Of a DNA stretch of 64,000 nucleotides, positions 18,230 to 39,398 are shown piece by piece. The translations under genes were made by a program, and so were the position numbers. Source of the DNA: Flaccisagitta enflata. Its lineage: Eukaryota. Under the pieces are notes generated by a model. That model did no database searches and was not told the origin of the DNA. It saw nothing but the letters and a program-made list of their open reading frames with translations. The stretch lies in contig OZ231126.1 of NCBI GenBank assembly GCA_965153355.1, forward strand, positions 40,424,001 to 40,488,000, written 5' to 3'. Every line of letters starts with the position of its first letter. Positions within the stretch are counted from its first letter, which is position 1.

Positions 18230-20055
18230 AATTATGGGATTGACAAACTACACTGAAACACCCGATAAGGACATTTAGTCATTAATGGAAAGCCAGATAA
18301 ACACATTTAGTTATAAATAGAAAGCCCTCCCTGTCCAAATAACAACAGATTGATGACAACTTTACAACAGGTTTACAAAAAGCTATGCAAAAAATCTTGA
18401 AACAAGGCCAAGTAGGCCAATAAGGTGCGACTTGTGGATTGTCGAACTAATGCGTTACCCCACAGACAGACCAACTGACCAACCGACAAACACAGCCAGT
18501 TATAGAGGTGCTTTGTCGCACCTAAAAAGGTACAAATTTGGAAAAACATTCATCAAATTTTCATTCTGTTATTTATTTGATTTCTGATGTATATGATTCA
18601 TTTTTATATATTTTTTTTTATTTTTCTTTTATTCTTTTTTTTACTTTTCTTTTTTTCTTTTTTTTTTTTTTACTTTTCTATTTTTTTTCTATTTTTCATT
18701 TTCTATTTTTGTTTTTTATTTTTCATTTTTTACTTTTTTCATTTTCTGTTTCTATTTTCATTTAGTCATGAATAGAAACGCTATCCCTGTACAAATTTGG
18801 AAAAACATTCATCAAATTTTCAATCTGTTTTTTATCTGATTTCTGATATATATGGTTCTTTCTTTTTTTTTTTTATTGTTTTTTTTTTTTACTTTTCTTT
18901 TATTCTTTTGTTTTTTTTCTTTTTTACTTTTCTTTTGTTTTCTATTTTTCATTTTCTTTTTTTCATTTTTTCTTTTTTACTTTTTTTATTTTCTATTTCT
19001 ATATTCATTTAGTTATAAATAGAAAGGCTCCCCCTGCTAGATAAGCACTTAGTTATAAACAGAGAGGCCCTCTCTGTCCCTTGCAATAACAACAGATTAA
19101 CAGCAGCTTTACAACAGCTTTACAAAAAGCTATGCAAAAAATCTTGAAAAAAGGTACAAATTTTGAAAAACATTCATCAAATTTTTTTTCACTCTGTTTT
19201 TTATTTGATTTCTGATGTATATGATTCATTTTTATATGTTTTTTTTATTTTTTTATTATTTTTTTCACTTTTCTTTTATTTTCTTTTTTTTTTTTACCTT
19301 TTACTTTTCTATTTTTTCTATTTTTCATTTTCTATTTTTTATTTTCTATTTTTTACTTTTTTCAATTTTCTATTTCTATTTTCATTTAGTCATGAATAGA
19401 AAGGCTCTCACTGCTTTTAAAGGTACAAATTTAGAATAACATTCATCAAATTTTCATTCTGTTTTTTCTTTGAATACCGATATATATGATTCATTTCTAT
19501 TTTTTTCTATTTTTCTTTTATTTTTCTATTTTTCTTTTATTCTTTTTTTTTACTTTTCTTTCATTCTTTTTTTTTTTACTTTTTACTTTTCTATTTTTCA
19601 TTTTTTACTTTTTATTTTTCATATTTTACTTTTTTCATTTTCTATTTCTATTTTCATTTTGTCATGAATAGAAAGGCTCTCCCTGCTAGATAAGCACATA
19701 GTTATAAACAGAAAGGCCCTCTCTGTCCCTACTGATAACAACAGATTAACAGCAGCTTTACGACAGCTTTTCAAAAAGCTATGCAAAAATCTTGAAAAAA
19801 AGGTACAAATTTGGAAAAACATGCATCAAATTTTCAATCTGTTTCTTTTTTTTATTTCTGATTTATATGATTCATTTCTCAATCGGTTTTTTTTTTTTTT
19901 TTAATTTTTTTCTACTTTTTTTTTATCTTTTTTTTTTATTTTTTTTTTATTTTTTTTTATTTTTTATGTTTTATTTTTTTTTTTTCTATTTTTTTTTCTA
20001 TTTTTCATTTTTATTTTTTATTTCTTTCATTTTTTATTTCGATTTTTTTTTTTTG
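18230..20055. repeat. T-rich tandem repeat with conserved head gtacaaatttggaaaaacattcatcaaatttt
   Basis: Head recurs at about 18530, 18789, 19154, 19423 and 19803. Confidence 0.85.
18400..18527 (-). mobile_element. Short HINE-like family 4 copy (subTIR AGGTGCGAC)
   Basis: aacaaggccaagtaggcc hairpin, aggtgcgac..gtcgcacctaaaa. Relatives at 3699-3798, 52918-52951 and 54407-54520. Confidence 0.65.
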
Positions 20056-20527
20056 CCAGTCATACCCTCTAGAAAAGTCAAACCAATAAGTGGTAGATTT
20101 CTGATTTGTATAATTTTATTTTTGTGGGAAATTGATATAAAGTTTCAGAAATGGCGGAGAGAAACAGAATTGAGTGGAATGAGAGGACAGCCTGCATGAA
20201 GATGCCAAAGTGGAGTAGAAAAAAAAAGGACAAAATCAAACCGAGGAGGAGGAAAAGAAGCACATGGAGAAGGAAGAGGGAAAGAAACACAGGGTAACAA
20301 TTTTGTGTCTGATGGGTGGGCAGGGGCGTGCAAGTCGCACTGAAAAAGTGTTTTAAACACTTGCTTATGATGTACAAAGACAGTAGTGCTTTTTGATTGA
20401 AGTAACAATACTAGATATGTTCTGAATTGACAAATGTAGTAAGGACTGAGCAAACTGACCAACCAACCAATGGACCGACTATCCAGAAAATGGCTTGTAG
20501 AGTCGTGTGGCATGCAATTCTCTCTTT

Positions 20528-20609
<82 letters not shown>

Positions 20610-20703
20610 TCACAAATTTAGGTTACAGCTTCTTTTGATGGTTTTTACAACTATGCTCCTTGGCGCATTACCTCATCAAACAAATAATCCGTCTTTTCTA
20701 TGA

Positions 20704-20782
<79 letters not shown>

Positions 20783-20844
20783 GAGAGAGGGAAAGAGAGA
20801 GACACACACAAATATCATAAGCAATTTCTCCGAAGATGGTCTCC

Positions 20845-20959
<115 letters not shown>

Positions 20960-21510
20960 TCTCTCTTTCTCCCAGTTAATTTATCAGAGTACTTGATATC
21001 TAATTTACATTTTGACCCACTTTGAAACACAAATGTTGCCTTCGGGGGGACGCTGTTCTATGTATCTTTATTTAAACTTTACACCATTCGAAAGCCCTCC
21101 AAAATTGAGTAATTCTATCATTTTTCGTATGTAAAATATGTAAAATTGTATTTTTGCAAATTAGCGCTTCTCTTTGCAGGGCTTTAGCTTCTAAACCGTT
21201 TGAGATACAGCCCTGGGATTAGTCTAGATTGAAAAAAAAATTTTGAAAAAAAAAAATCAAAATGTCTCAATTGAAAATAGTTCAAATTGATTTTTGTATC
21301 TGTTTGATGAATAGATAAGCACGTGCGTCTTTTTTTAATCGAGTTGTAAATACCCCAATGCACCCCATTTAAAGTATAATGTTATAGAGGCGCGTAGCAC
21401 GCGACTAATAAGAGTGACAGAGGAGAGATTACGTATCAAAATCACGATATCAAATCAAAATCACGATATCAAAATCACGCAAAGTCATTCTTTAAAATTG
21501 CAATATCTTA

Positions 21511-22073
21511 CAATAACACCCGTCCCACAATTATTGCAAAGGTAGAGTTACAACTGTAGGTTCTTCATTACTGCTGGTGAAAAACGATCCTCAATCCATA
21601 TCTTTGATATTAGTTAAGTTATTCCTAGTATATTCCACATTAATTTCCATATTTACCCCCAATTTATTGACAACTAGCTTGCAGCACCTGAGTATTAATT
21701 TTCCAATAACGTTGCATGAATTTTGAAAACCATATTTTAAAACTATTCAAACAAAATCCATGGGCAAATTAAACAACCTTTCATAAGCTTTTTAGTTGTG
21801 AAATCAGCATTTGACTATCTTTATATAGACTTGGTAGTCATCTGAAGTTGATAAGGTTTTTGTGGTAATTTTGCCGTGGTATGCATGGGAAATGTTTTCA
21901 CTCTTTTTGATGATATTTGATTTAGCATAAAGCAATTTAGATGAAATTCATGAGAAAAATGAGGATTTTTTAAAACTCTAACTGGTGGAAAAATCTGCGT
22001 ATTGCTAGTTATTGCCATTCAGATTTGACAGTCATTTAATCTTTTTGCGATTATTGTGGGACATGTGTTATTG
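21511..22073. mobile_element. MITE immediately 3' of the GPCR stop codon
   Basis: About 30-bp TIR caataacacccgtcccacaattattgcaaa / tttgcgattattgtgggacatgtgttattg. Confidence 0.8.
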
Positions 22074-22085
22074 CACAAACGAAAA

Positions 22086-29483
<7,398 letters not shown>

Positions 29484-31440
29484 GATGAGGTGAAGGGTAA
29501 GTAGAATATGAGCAGTAAGAGATTTTCATGGAATTACATTGAGTGTAGATGGTGGAGGTGAAGGGCAAGTAGAAGATGAGCAACTTGAGGTGCATGACTT
29601 GGATGAGCATGAGGAGGTAAAGGGTAAGTAGAATATGAGCAGTGTGAGATTTTCATGGAATTACATCGAGACTGCAGATGGTGGAGGTGAAGGGCAAGTA
29701 GAAGATGAGCAACCTTAAGGCACTGAGGCCATTGCTGACTCGTCTATCTTGAGAGCTGATATGCAATAAACGAATTATTGGGGTATTCTACATATATTCA
29801 TCCACGAGTGTGATATTGGTGAGGTAACATGAGGGGGTCTGTACAGGAGAGAGAGTGGAGAGAGACTAAATGTGCGTTGCGATCGAGAATTCATGCTAGA
29901 GAGAGAACCAGGAAGAGGAAGAGGATCAAAAAGTGCCATTCAGCGAGGGCCAATGGTCCTCTGCCTCCCCTTGCTTGGCTTTAGCTGTTTTGCTTACAGG
30001 GGAAAGTAAACAAAACAGCGATAAACTAACAGGGAAAACTAGTAAAAAGCAGTTATAGGAAAAGGGAAAGGGAACCTAGTGGAAGTGAGGGGGGAAGAGT
30101 GGGGGTAAGACAACAACAATGAAAGTTACACTGTAAAAATATTCGCTTATTTTAGAAGGTGTTCTTTGCAGCTAAAAGAATTGATATACAAAAAGATTAT
30201 CTCCGCTGGAGGTAAGGTGCAAAAAAACTTTTAAGAAATATCATCGAAATACTTAGGGAAATATTTAGGATATTTGATTTGCTTAGTGCTTGCACATGAG
30301 AGCAACAAGGGACAAAAATGTTGGGGTTCATGTTGTTAAAGAAATACAAATATGTACCAATGCACCAATCTCGTGGAAGTCAACAAGGGAAGCTATGTAC
30401 AGCAACTACATGGGGCTCTTTTTTGGTTCTTTTTTTGTTTGTTTTGTTTTTTTTTTTTTTTTTTTTTGTAATTTTGTATTTTTTTGTTTGTTTTTGTTTG
30501 TTTTTGTTTATTGTTCTTTTTATTTTGTTTTTGAAATTTTTTTTCTTATTTACAAAAGGTGAAGAGAATAAAAGTAAAGGTTGCACGATTTTCTCAAGGG
30601 CAGCAACCTCAGATCAATGGGAAAAAGAAAGCAGGCAAGATTCTTCCAAGCATCACATCCACCCTAAAGTATCCTTTGGTCAATCATGTAGGGGAGTCAC
30701 AATACTGCCGGTATATCAATCATTACAACTAAGGGAAAAATTGGTACTACCAAGCAAAAAGGTTATTCGTGAGGGAGGTTATTTTGCCACATGATCATGA
30801 ATAGATGTATCACATACATGAAAGATTCACTGCAAACCCAAATATTTTTAGAGAAAAGGGTACGCATTATAAACAGAAAGGCACAGCAAGGTCTTAAATT
30901 CAAGTACGGAATTCAAGTACGGAATCGTAAATAGAACATAACATTAGGTTTTTTTTGTAAAAGGGAGTAAAGGTTTAAAAATCAACCATTTTCATCATTG
31001 CCCCTCAACTATGGAAATATACCGATTGGATTTTTTTTTCTTGATGACAAACTTGGTGGCTTCTCTGGTTAGATTTTGCATTGATAAAACAAGGCCGGAT
31101 ACACGGCCAATACCAGTCGCGGACGGGTGGGCAGGGATAAAAAAAGAAAAAATATACTAAATTATTTGCAAAAATTAAAGGCCCGTAGAAAAAAGGTACA
31201 ATTAGTGATACAAGCAAGTTTTTTTTGTCAGCCCCCAGAATTTTCTTTGCAGTTGTTAGGCTTCACATGAATCCCGAAATTTGCTTTCTCCGCGCCAGTG
31301 TGTCCAATTTGTCGTTGCTGGTCTTTACCCCTGTTTGTCTAGGTCTGCCGCTGATGAAGAGTGCTGATGATGGGGGCAGCACGGTTGACACCAACATGTC
31401 ACCAACAACAGTTCTGTTATTGTTGTTGTTGATAGTGTTT

Positions 31441-31526
<86 letters not shown>

Positions 31527-32099
31527 TTTGTTGTTTTTGTGGTTGTTGCAGTGTTTTAGGGCTGTTTCTGTCGCCACTGTGTGATTGAGCCAGATACAGA
31601 CAGAGTGACAGTGACTGAGTCAGACAGAGAGACTGACAGACTGAGTTTCATTTAGAGAGCGACACTGTCATTGAAAGAGAGGCAGAGACAGAGACAGAGG
31701 GCTTGTGTGATGTCAGAGTAAGAACTTCTAACAGAAAAGCTGCCCATGGGTGAAGGGAGAGCGGAGTGCAAAAAAACTACAGACAGAGGAGGGAATTGGA
31801 TTATCATGACATGTGAAAGGTAGATCACTTGGTGAGAAATTTGAAAATTTTGGAAATTCTAAATAAAGTATAAGTGACATTTCTATTGTCTCTAAGATAA
31901 GCAAAGGAAAGGGAACCGGGTTGAATTAGGTAGTGGGAAATTGGTGGAAGATGAAAAGAAACATTTGTATAAAATGAAAACAGGCAACAAATGACATATA
32001 TACCATTTCCGACTGAACTTAGGAAGCCAGGAGATGATTGGCCAAGACACTGAAACAAACAGAGGCATGGTCAAAATTTAAGAGGGAGAAAGCATGGCA

Positions 32100-32199
32100 G
32101 CCACATGGTTTTACTGATGGCGAAGCAAGCCGACAGATAAATCAGCAATTGGGGCAGGAAAGATAAGTTGGTCGCAGGCTTGTGCAAGTGAGTGAAAAG

Positions 32200-32246
<47 letters not shown>

Positions 32247-32463
32247 TCATTGGAAGAGGATGAGGATCCCTTAAGGACCAAATTTACAGTGCTGGCTTGC
32301 GCACAAAACTGATTGAAAAAAGTTAACGTGGGCAAAGAAAGAGATCGATAGAGGTGACACCCACGTGGTGCGATTGATCAAAAAGCCGGCCACCGCTTCG
32401 TGCTATTGGAGAATAAGATGAGGTGAGGGTTGGGCAACCGGCCTATGCAGCGCTGGAGCTTTT

Positions 32464-32511
<48 letters not shown>

Positions 32512-33280
32512 TTGCAGACACGTGATGCAATTCGCGGATGGCACATGGTGACCCACTCTATTGAAGAGTAAGATGAGGATGAGGATGAGGAAGATGAAGA
32601 GTTGGGTTGCCAGTTTGTCCATTGCTCGCGATCGATTGAAGAGAAAGTTAGAGTGAGAGAAAGAGTGAGAGAGCAGGAGGATTGAGGTGAGTCACATGAA
32701 GAGGAGGAGGGCTTCAAGCAATGGCAACTGCCCATTCCCGAAAGAGAGAAAGAGGGGGGGGGGAACAAAGAAATGGGCAAAAATAATTCACGTGGTTATT
32801 GAGGAAGGAAAAGTGAATCTGCCGGTTTCCATGCGGGTCTTTTGTTCAGTGTTGATTTGGCGCATGCAATGTAATAAAAGGATGAGGAGGAAATTGATGG
32901 ATGTGACAGCTCTTCATTCATTTGGCGAAGGAAAAAACGATCAAAAGATTTGATGAAAAAAGGGGATTATGTGAAAAGGAAAATCTGAAATTTGAAATTT
33001 GAAACTAAAAGTCCATTAGAGCCACGAGGTGAGAGTGATCGCGTGATACTCCGTTGCCACCCGGAACAATAGAAAAAGAAGGTCCTGGTTTTGGGTGGGA
33101 TTAAGCAAAATGGAAATTGATGAAAGGAAAAGTAGGAGACCATTTGAGTGACCATCTGGAGCAGACTCCCCTTCAAACGATTCCATGAGTAATCAAATTT
33201 TGGGAGGTAGCAACCAGACAAAGAGAAATGAGGAAAATGGAGGTTTAGACAAAATGAAATGATGAATCATTTCCACGTGG
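32100..33280. promoter_or_regulatory. E-box-rich putative promoter/enhancer
   Basis: CACGTG at 32362, 32519, 32789 and 33274; CACATG at 32102, 32542 and 32693; GAGA tracts; minus-strand Inr-like TCAGTT near 32310; ATCGATA (DRE-like) at 32344. Confidence 0.5.
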
Positions 33281-34336
33281 TCAAAAAGGGAAAAGAGAAA
33301 TGAAAATTTAGAGGAAAACGGTTTCAGAGATCTGTTAAGAGGATAGAAACTGGAAAAATGTCACCAAGAAAAATGTACAAGTAGGCTAGGAGTAAAGGAA
33401 TAGTGTGGAAGGAAATAAGGGTAAGGTGAAAAGAAGTAGAGGTTTAGACATTTTGAAAAAGGGAAATCATCAATATCTTGTTAGATTTGAAAGAGTTAAC
33501 CATTGAAAAGGAGGCACAAATAAATGATAGCATGTTATCCTAACAAGAAAAAGAGATTTTGGTCAGATATTTGTAATGTTGATTGGATTGCCACACTCAA
33601 CACATAAACGTTTGAAAACGCCATTTGACAACGGCGTTTGACCCCAGTTGCGGACCCATACTCTTTTAAGATTTTTGATTTGTATATTTTGAATAGATTA
33701 TTAAACAGAAAATATTGATTATTCATAGATTAGAACTAAAGTTATATTTCAAAATAATAAAAAAGACTTAAGCTATAGAATGAAATTAAAATATTTTTTT
33801 TTAAATGCAAATTTTTGCGGATCTTAAAATATAATACTTTTAAAAATATTAAGAAAAAGGCTTTATTTTTAAAAATACTTTTTTTATCCCTATACAAAAT
33901 TGTAATTTCAGCTCAAGAAATTCTATATTTCAAGAGAAATTTGGTTTATGAATTTTTTTTATATTTGTCCATAAATTTCTTAATTATCACAAACATTTGA
34001 TTTTCTATGCAAAATGATTAAAAACATTAATAAGTAGTTATTAGCAATATAAGAATACAATCAACTAATATCAAGAATATTGAAAAAAATATTTCTAATA
34101 ATGAGATTGTGACTTTGTTTGCATTATGTCCTAAAAGTTAACAAAAGTTACACACTTATTTCTATCTCTTTTTTTCCCCCTTCCGTTCCCTACCCCTTTT
34201 CTAAACCCTTTGAGTTTCTTCTCAATAATATACAAGCCTGAAATTTTAATGTATTTATAAATCAGTTATCAGAAGAATCTTGTTTATAAGAACATCAAGT
34301 TTGAAAAGATAATAAGGGCAAGGTTGAGTTAATAAG

Positions 34337-35127
34337 TCACTGTGCTTTCAAAAAAGATCTAAGTGAAAAATCACATAACTGTGGGTTTCTCTGCATTTTT
34401 GTGTAGTGTTGGGGAGTGATAATATGTAACTAAACAAAATAAAATCATTCACCAAGCGCTTTTTGAGTAATCTTCAAAATAGAAAAAAATCAGACCTATG
34501 TTCAATGAATATTCTACTGAGTTGTTCTTACGTATTTTCTGACTCCATATTGTTTATGCAAAAATCTCTTTCATTTGATAGGTCACACCATGTGGTTTGA
34601 TTTTAAAATATTTTCATTTTTTAAGCCACCATTATTTTTTTGTAACGGTAACTCGAAAAATGAAAATTTTAATTTTTTGCATAAGTGCGACCTTTCAAAT
34701 GAAAGGGAATTTTGCGTCGATTAACAATATGGAGTCAAACAAGTGACAGAGGGTCACAATATTGTTGCGGATGCGTGGGCAGGGGCAGCTAACCCCCAGC
34801 CTTACCTTAACCCCCTTCCCAGGCACAACTACAGCATTGTGAATGAGCGCTTTTTTGCGTTTTCAATTGAGCGTGACAGACGGATGAACCAACAGTCTTA
34901 TAGAGTTGCATGTCCGCAACTAAATATAGGTCAGTGCAACTTAGTAGAATATTCATTGAAAATGGGTTTGATTTTTTTACATTTTGAAGATTACTCAAAA
35001 AGCGCTCAGTGAATGATTTTATTTTGTCTAGTTACATCTTATCACACCCCAGCACTACATGAGAATGCAGAAAAACCCGCAGTACATATGTGATTTTTCA
35101 CTCATATTTTTTTTGAAAGCACAGTGA
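34337..35127. mobile_element. Foldback/MITE with ~190-bp TIRs and a nested HINE
   Basis: 34337-34523 is the imperfect reverse complement of 34936-35127; HINE family 3 copy at 34738-34925. Confidence 0.8.
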
Positions 35128-35445
35128 GGTGTTTGAATTTGCACATATGAGTTAAGTGAAACAGTTGAGTTAAGAGGCAGGGTTGATTTAGGGTAGAGCT
35201 TATGAGAAAGGCTCAAGGGGGGCTCAAGGTTGCATTGTAGGTCCGTTGACTCCGTTTGTCCATTGATCAAACGAGTTGGAACGTGTGAAAACACGCATTA
35301 TTGGTGTGATTTTGATCGTGTATGACCGAGTATGATTGTGTATGTGAAATTGTGTATGGATGCCCATACTCGCCTATCTGCAGCAATATTTTTGACCAAT
35401 TTTCATTTCATTTAATTATTTTAACCAATTTTCATGACATCTCAG

Positions 35446-35954
35446 GAGTAAGACCATGGACCAAAATTCCACTAGGTGTTGTCATGAAGAAAACCCCAAA
35501 GCTCCATGATGTTTTGGCTTCGTCAAAATGTGCAACAGCAGACAACGACGGCTGCTTGTCTAGGACAGTGTTAGCAATCACACAACGAATTCAGTCAAGA
35601 CTGCGGTCAAGCACCATTTTGACACTGACATGGCTGTCATCTTTCAGGTAAATTAGATGACATGTTTGCACGCACACACACACATACACGCACTCACACG
35701 CACACACCTTAGCTGATTCAAAAATCTCCTGCGTTGTTAAAGAATGCTCTTTTGACAGAAAATTAGGGGCTGAAGGACGTTATTTAAATTTAAAACTTCA
35801 TTTTGTTACCGTTCTTACAGTCTAGCAACGTTTGCTAGTAATGGGAACAGTGGGACGACTGGATGATGAATGGGCTGATATCTCGAAATCCTTGTATGAG
35901 ACCAAAGACAATCTTCTGTTTCAAAACGACCCCGAAAGCAAGGAGGGTGACAAC

Positions 35955-35998
<44 letters not shown>

Positions 35999-36414
35999 TA
36001 AGAGATAAAGAGAGAAAGAGAGAAAGAGAGACAATCAGCTAGAAAGAAAGGTAGGCAAAAGGGTGGAACAGAAAAATGTGGGAAGGTGAAATATATTGCT
36101 ACATCATATTTCTGCCTGTCCTGTCTGAAAATCTGACCATCTTTTTCTCTGTTTCTATAGGAGCTGCAAATGACGGAAAACTGGGCATTGCAGTCAGTTG
36201 TCTTTCAGCCGGCAATGCCGGTATTCATTGAGCGTTCAGCGTTCAGCAATCGGAGGAGAAAGATGAGGATGAGCGCTACTCCAACTACGTCCGACTATGG
36301 CGCGCGAGCATCCGGACTCGCCTGGACATTGAAATTTTGAATTATTGGCCCACTTATTCATTGGGTCCTATACATTTATCATTAATGCATCACAGTTCCA
36401 GCGAGGAAAAGTGA
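35446..36414 (+). pseudogene. Putative spliced pseudogene fragment (three exon-like blocks, WD-like dipeptides, in-frame stops)
   Basis: Blocks 35446-35647, 35826-35955 and 36161-36414 have pyrimidine-rich acceptors, donors gtaaat/gtgaga and compatible phases. The joined frame reads ..RRLLV*DSVSNH..MAVIFQ|QRLLVMGTVGRLDDEW..|GAANDGKLGIAVSCLSAGNAGIH*AFSVQ..YVRLWRASIRTRLDIEILNYWP. Stops are at 35507, 35561 and 36229. Confidence 0.4.
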
Positions 36415-36427
36415 TACTTTTTAGTCT

Positions 36428-36668
36428 GTTTTTAGTCGCGGACACGTGACTCCTCCTTGGTCTGTTGGTCGATCCGTCCATCCGTCGTCCATCCGTCCGT
36501 AACATTTCTGAATTCCAAGCGGTTTTTGCCTTACTGCCCTTGTAGAAAACAATATTCGTAAGCCATAAACAAATCCATTACCTGAAATTATATGAATGCG
36601 GAAAGAGTGGGAGTTGGGTGCCCAAGCCCACCCATCCGCAACGACATTGTGACCCCGCGTCACTTATT
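36428..36668 (+). mobile_element. HINE-like family 3 copy
   Basis: ttttagtcgcggacacgtgact, (GTCC)n, ..catccgcaacgacattgtgaccccgcgtcactt. Confidence 0.7.
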
Positions 36669-37044
36669 TCTCCTTGTATTTATCGGCGCCCCGACGCAAC
36701 GTCATCGGTAAATTGAGTGAGCTTGTCACTAGATTTCAGTAGATTTGATTCTAGTTTTAGAGCCATACTTTTGAAAGCCTCAATGGATTTTGGTAATTCT
36801 TTCGAATTTAGCATATAGGTTTTTTTTTGCTTTTGATAAAAACTAATTTCATCAAAGTTTGAGCGAGTTATGATTTATTAAGTTTGGTGCAATAAATATT
36901 TCCTAGGTGGTAAGTTAGTTTAATTGTCCCAGAATGATGTGTTGTCGGTGTATTTTGTCACCAGTCATCGGCCTATTCCATCGCCATTGTATTCCGTCAC
37001 CGGCGAAATTGTGATTTAAGTCACGCCTTAGCGTAACAATATTC

Positions 37045-37084
<40 letters not shown>

Positions 37085-37183
37085 CTTGCTCTCGCTCTCT
37101 CTCGCTCTCTCGCCCTCTTGCGCTCTCTCTCTCTCTCTCCCTCTCTCAACAAAAACAACAACAACACGACAACAACAACAAAG

Positions 37184-37256
37184 ATGGCGCCGCATTCTGT
37201 GCGACAGCAACTTTGTTTGCAATGGTGGAGGCTCAACGCCAATGCGGTTAGTTCGG
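37184..37256 (+). CDS. Candidate first coding exon of an unidentified gene
   Basis: caaagATGGCG start context after a (CT)n tract. Encodes MAPHSVRQQLCLQWWRLNANAVSS followed by consensus donor G|gtgagt. A phase-compatible next exon candidate is 39082-39140 (DFALTMNSTLKLKGKRYGEE|gtaagc). Confidence 0.3.
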
Positions 37257-37530
37257 GTGAGTCAATTGGGGCTTCACATTGCAAAAGTTGGGAGTATCCC
37301 TTCACCCTACTTAAGTAATGTGGAGATTCAAAAATCATGAAGATGACCATTTTCCTTTTTTCAAAATTCCTTCATCTTCCGTTTCTATTTTGGCCCTAAA
37401 GTTTTTACAGATTTCACTGAATTCAGCAAAATCCTGTGTTGTTTTGTTACAAAAAGGACAATTATTTGTTTTAGAAAATCATGATATTTGTGACAATAAA
37501 CTAAAATATAAGAATATAAGCTATGCACTA

Positions 37531-38068
37531 AAGGGGGAATTCCTGGTCACTAACTTGCCTCGCGGAAAAATACCTCGGGATCCTCGAATTCCTTGGGGAT
37601 CGTAAGGGGACCGCGAGGGGACCGCGGCATTGGGCAACTTTACTGGCTTTTTTCTTTTTGATAAGTCATACAAGGGAAGCAATGATTCCGCTGAACGCTT
37701 GTTGGGATGTTCTGCCCTGATTATCAACTATATTCTGCTTTCTGAAAAATTTGGGAGGACCGCGAGGAATGGGGGGACTGCGAGGAACTCGATAATCGCA
37801 AGGAAGGAACATGAGGAATCTGAGGAATCTGAGGAATGCAAGAAATTTGAAAACAAAAAGCTAGCAAGGCTGACTGACACAAAAAACAATATTAACAAGA
37901 ACGAACTTTCAACCAAACAACAAAGAACAAAAAAAAAAAACAAACAAGAACAACAACAACAATAGCAACGACGGGGAACGCAGTATAGGGGACCGGGGAA
38001 CGCGGAATAGGGGACCGGGGAACGTGGATTGGGAGGAAGGGGAATGCGGATTACAAACAACAACAATT

Positions 38069-38152
<84 letters not shown>

Positions 38153-38268
38153 GAAAACGCGGAATATTGGACCGGGTAACTTGGATTGGAAGGAAGGTGA
38201 ATGCGGATTGCAAACAACCACAACAACAACAATAAATACAACAACAACAAAAACAACAACAACAACAA

Positions 38269-38340
<72 letters not shown>

Positions 38341-38627
38341 CGGAGAACGCGGAATACGGGACCGGGTAACTTGGATTGGAAGGAAGGTGAATGCGGATTA
38401 CAAACAACCACAACATCCACAACAACAACAATAAATACAACAACAACAACAGCAACAACAACAGCACCATAACAGCAACAAAAACGGGGAGCGCGGAATA
38501 GGAGACCGGGGAACGTGGATTTTGAGGAAGGGGAATGCGGATTGCAGACGACAACAGCATTAACAACAACAACAACAAAAACAACAACCACAACAATAAC
38601 AACAACAACAACAACACAAACAACATG

Positions 38628-38667
<40 letters not shown>

Positions 38668-38834
38668 GCAACAACAACAACAACAAAGGGATAGGGGACA
38701 GGGTAACTCAGATTGGGAGAAAGGGGAATGAGGATTGCAAACAACAACAACAGCAACGCAACAACAACGCAAACAACAATAACAACAACGGAGGGCGCGG
38801 TAGAGGGATTGGGAGGAAAAGGAGTACAGATTGC

Positions 38835-38894
<60 letters not shown>

Positions 38895-38896
38895 CT

Positions 38897-38938
<42 letters not shown>

Positions 38939-38960
38939 GCAATATCAACAACGACATCAT
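37531..38960 (+). repeat. Composite element: GC-rich head plus alternating GC-rich units and (AAC)n
   Basis: Units gaacgcggaata-ggaccggg-gattgg-aatgcggatt recur about five times between (AAC)n tracts. Confidence 0.8.
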
Positions 38961-39230
38961 AATGAATGACAGCAGCCAGAATCACACAAATGATGGCCCT
39001 CACACTGTGCTTCTGCTCCTCAATCTTTCAGCGTCACTCTCTCCTTTGCTATCCATTCTACGTTATGTAAACATTCTGTAGATTTTGCCCTTACCATGAA
39101 TTCTACACTTAAGCTGAAAGGAAAACGGTATGGTGAGGAAGTAAGCGATTGTTTTAATTGAAAGAAAGAATGTGTCATTTGTTACCTGCCCATTGTCATT
39201 GAGCATGTGCATGTAAGTGGTTGTGCTTGT

Positions 39231-39315
<85 letters not shown>

Positions 39316-39398
39316 TGTATGTGTGTGTGATTGGGCGAATGAGAATGTTCGTTTATATATTACATTTTCCAGCTCATTTATGAGTACATGACGCCAAA

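Noticed and set aside
18538-20199. Phe-rich ORFs resembling membrane or mitochondrial proteins
   Set aside because: They come from a T-rich tandem repeat; no mitochondrial gene motifs were recognised.
37960-38960. CRISPR-like alternation of conserved units and spacers (also 50900-52500)
   Set aside because: The spacers are (AAC)n microsatellite rather than unique sequence, the units are degenerate, there are no cas genes and the DNA is eukaryotic.
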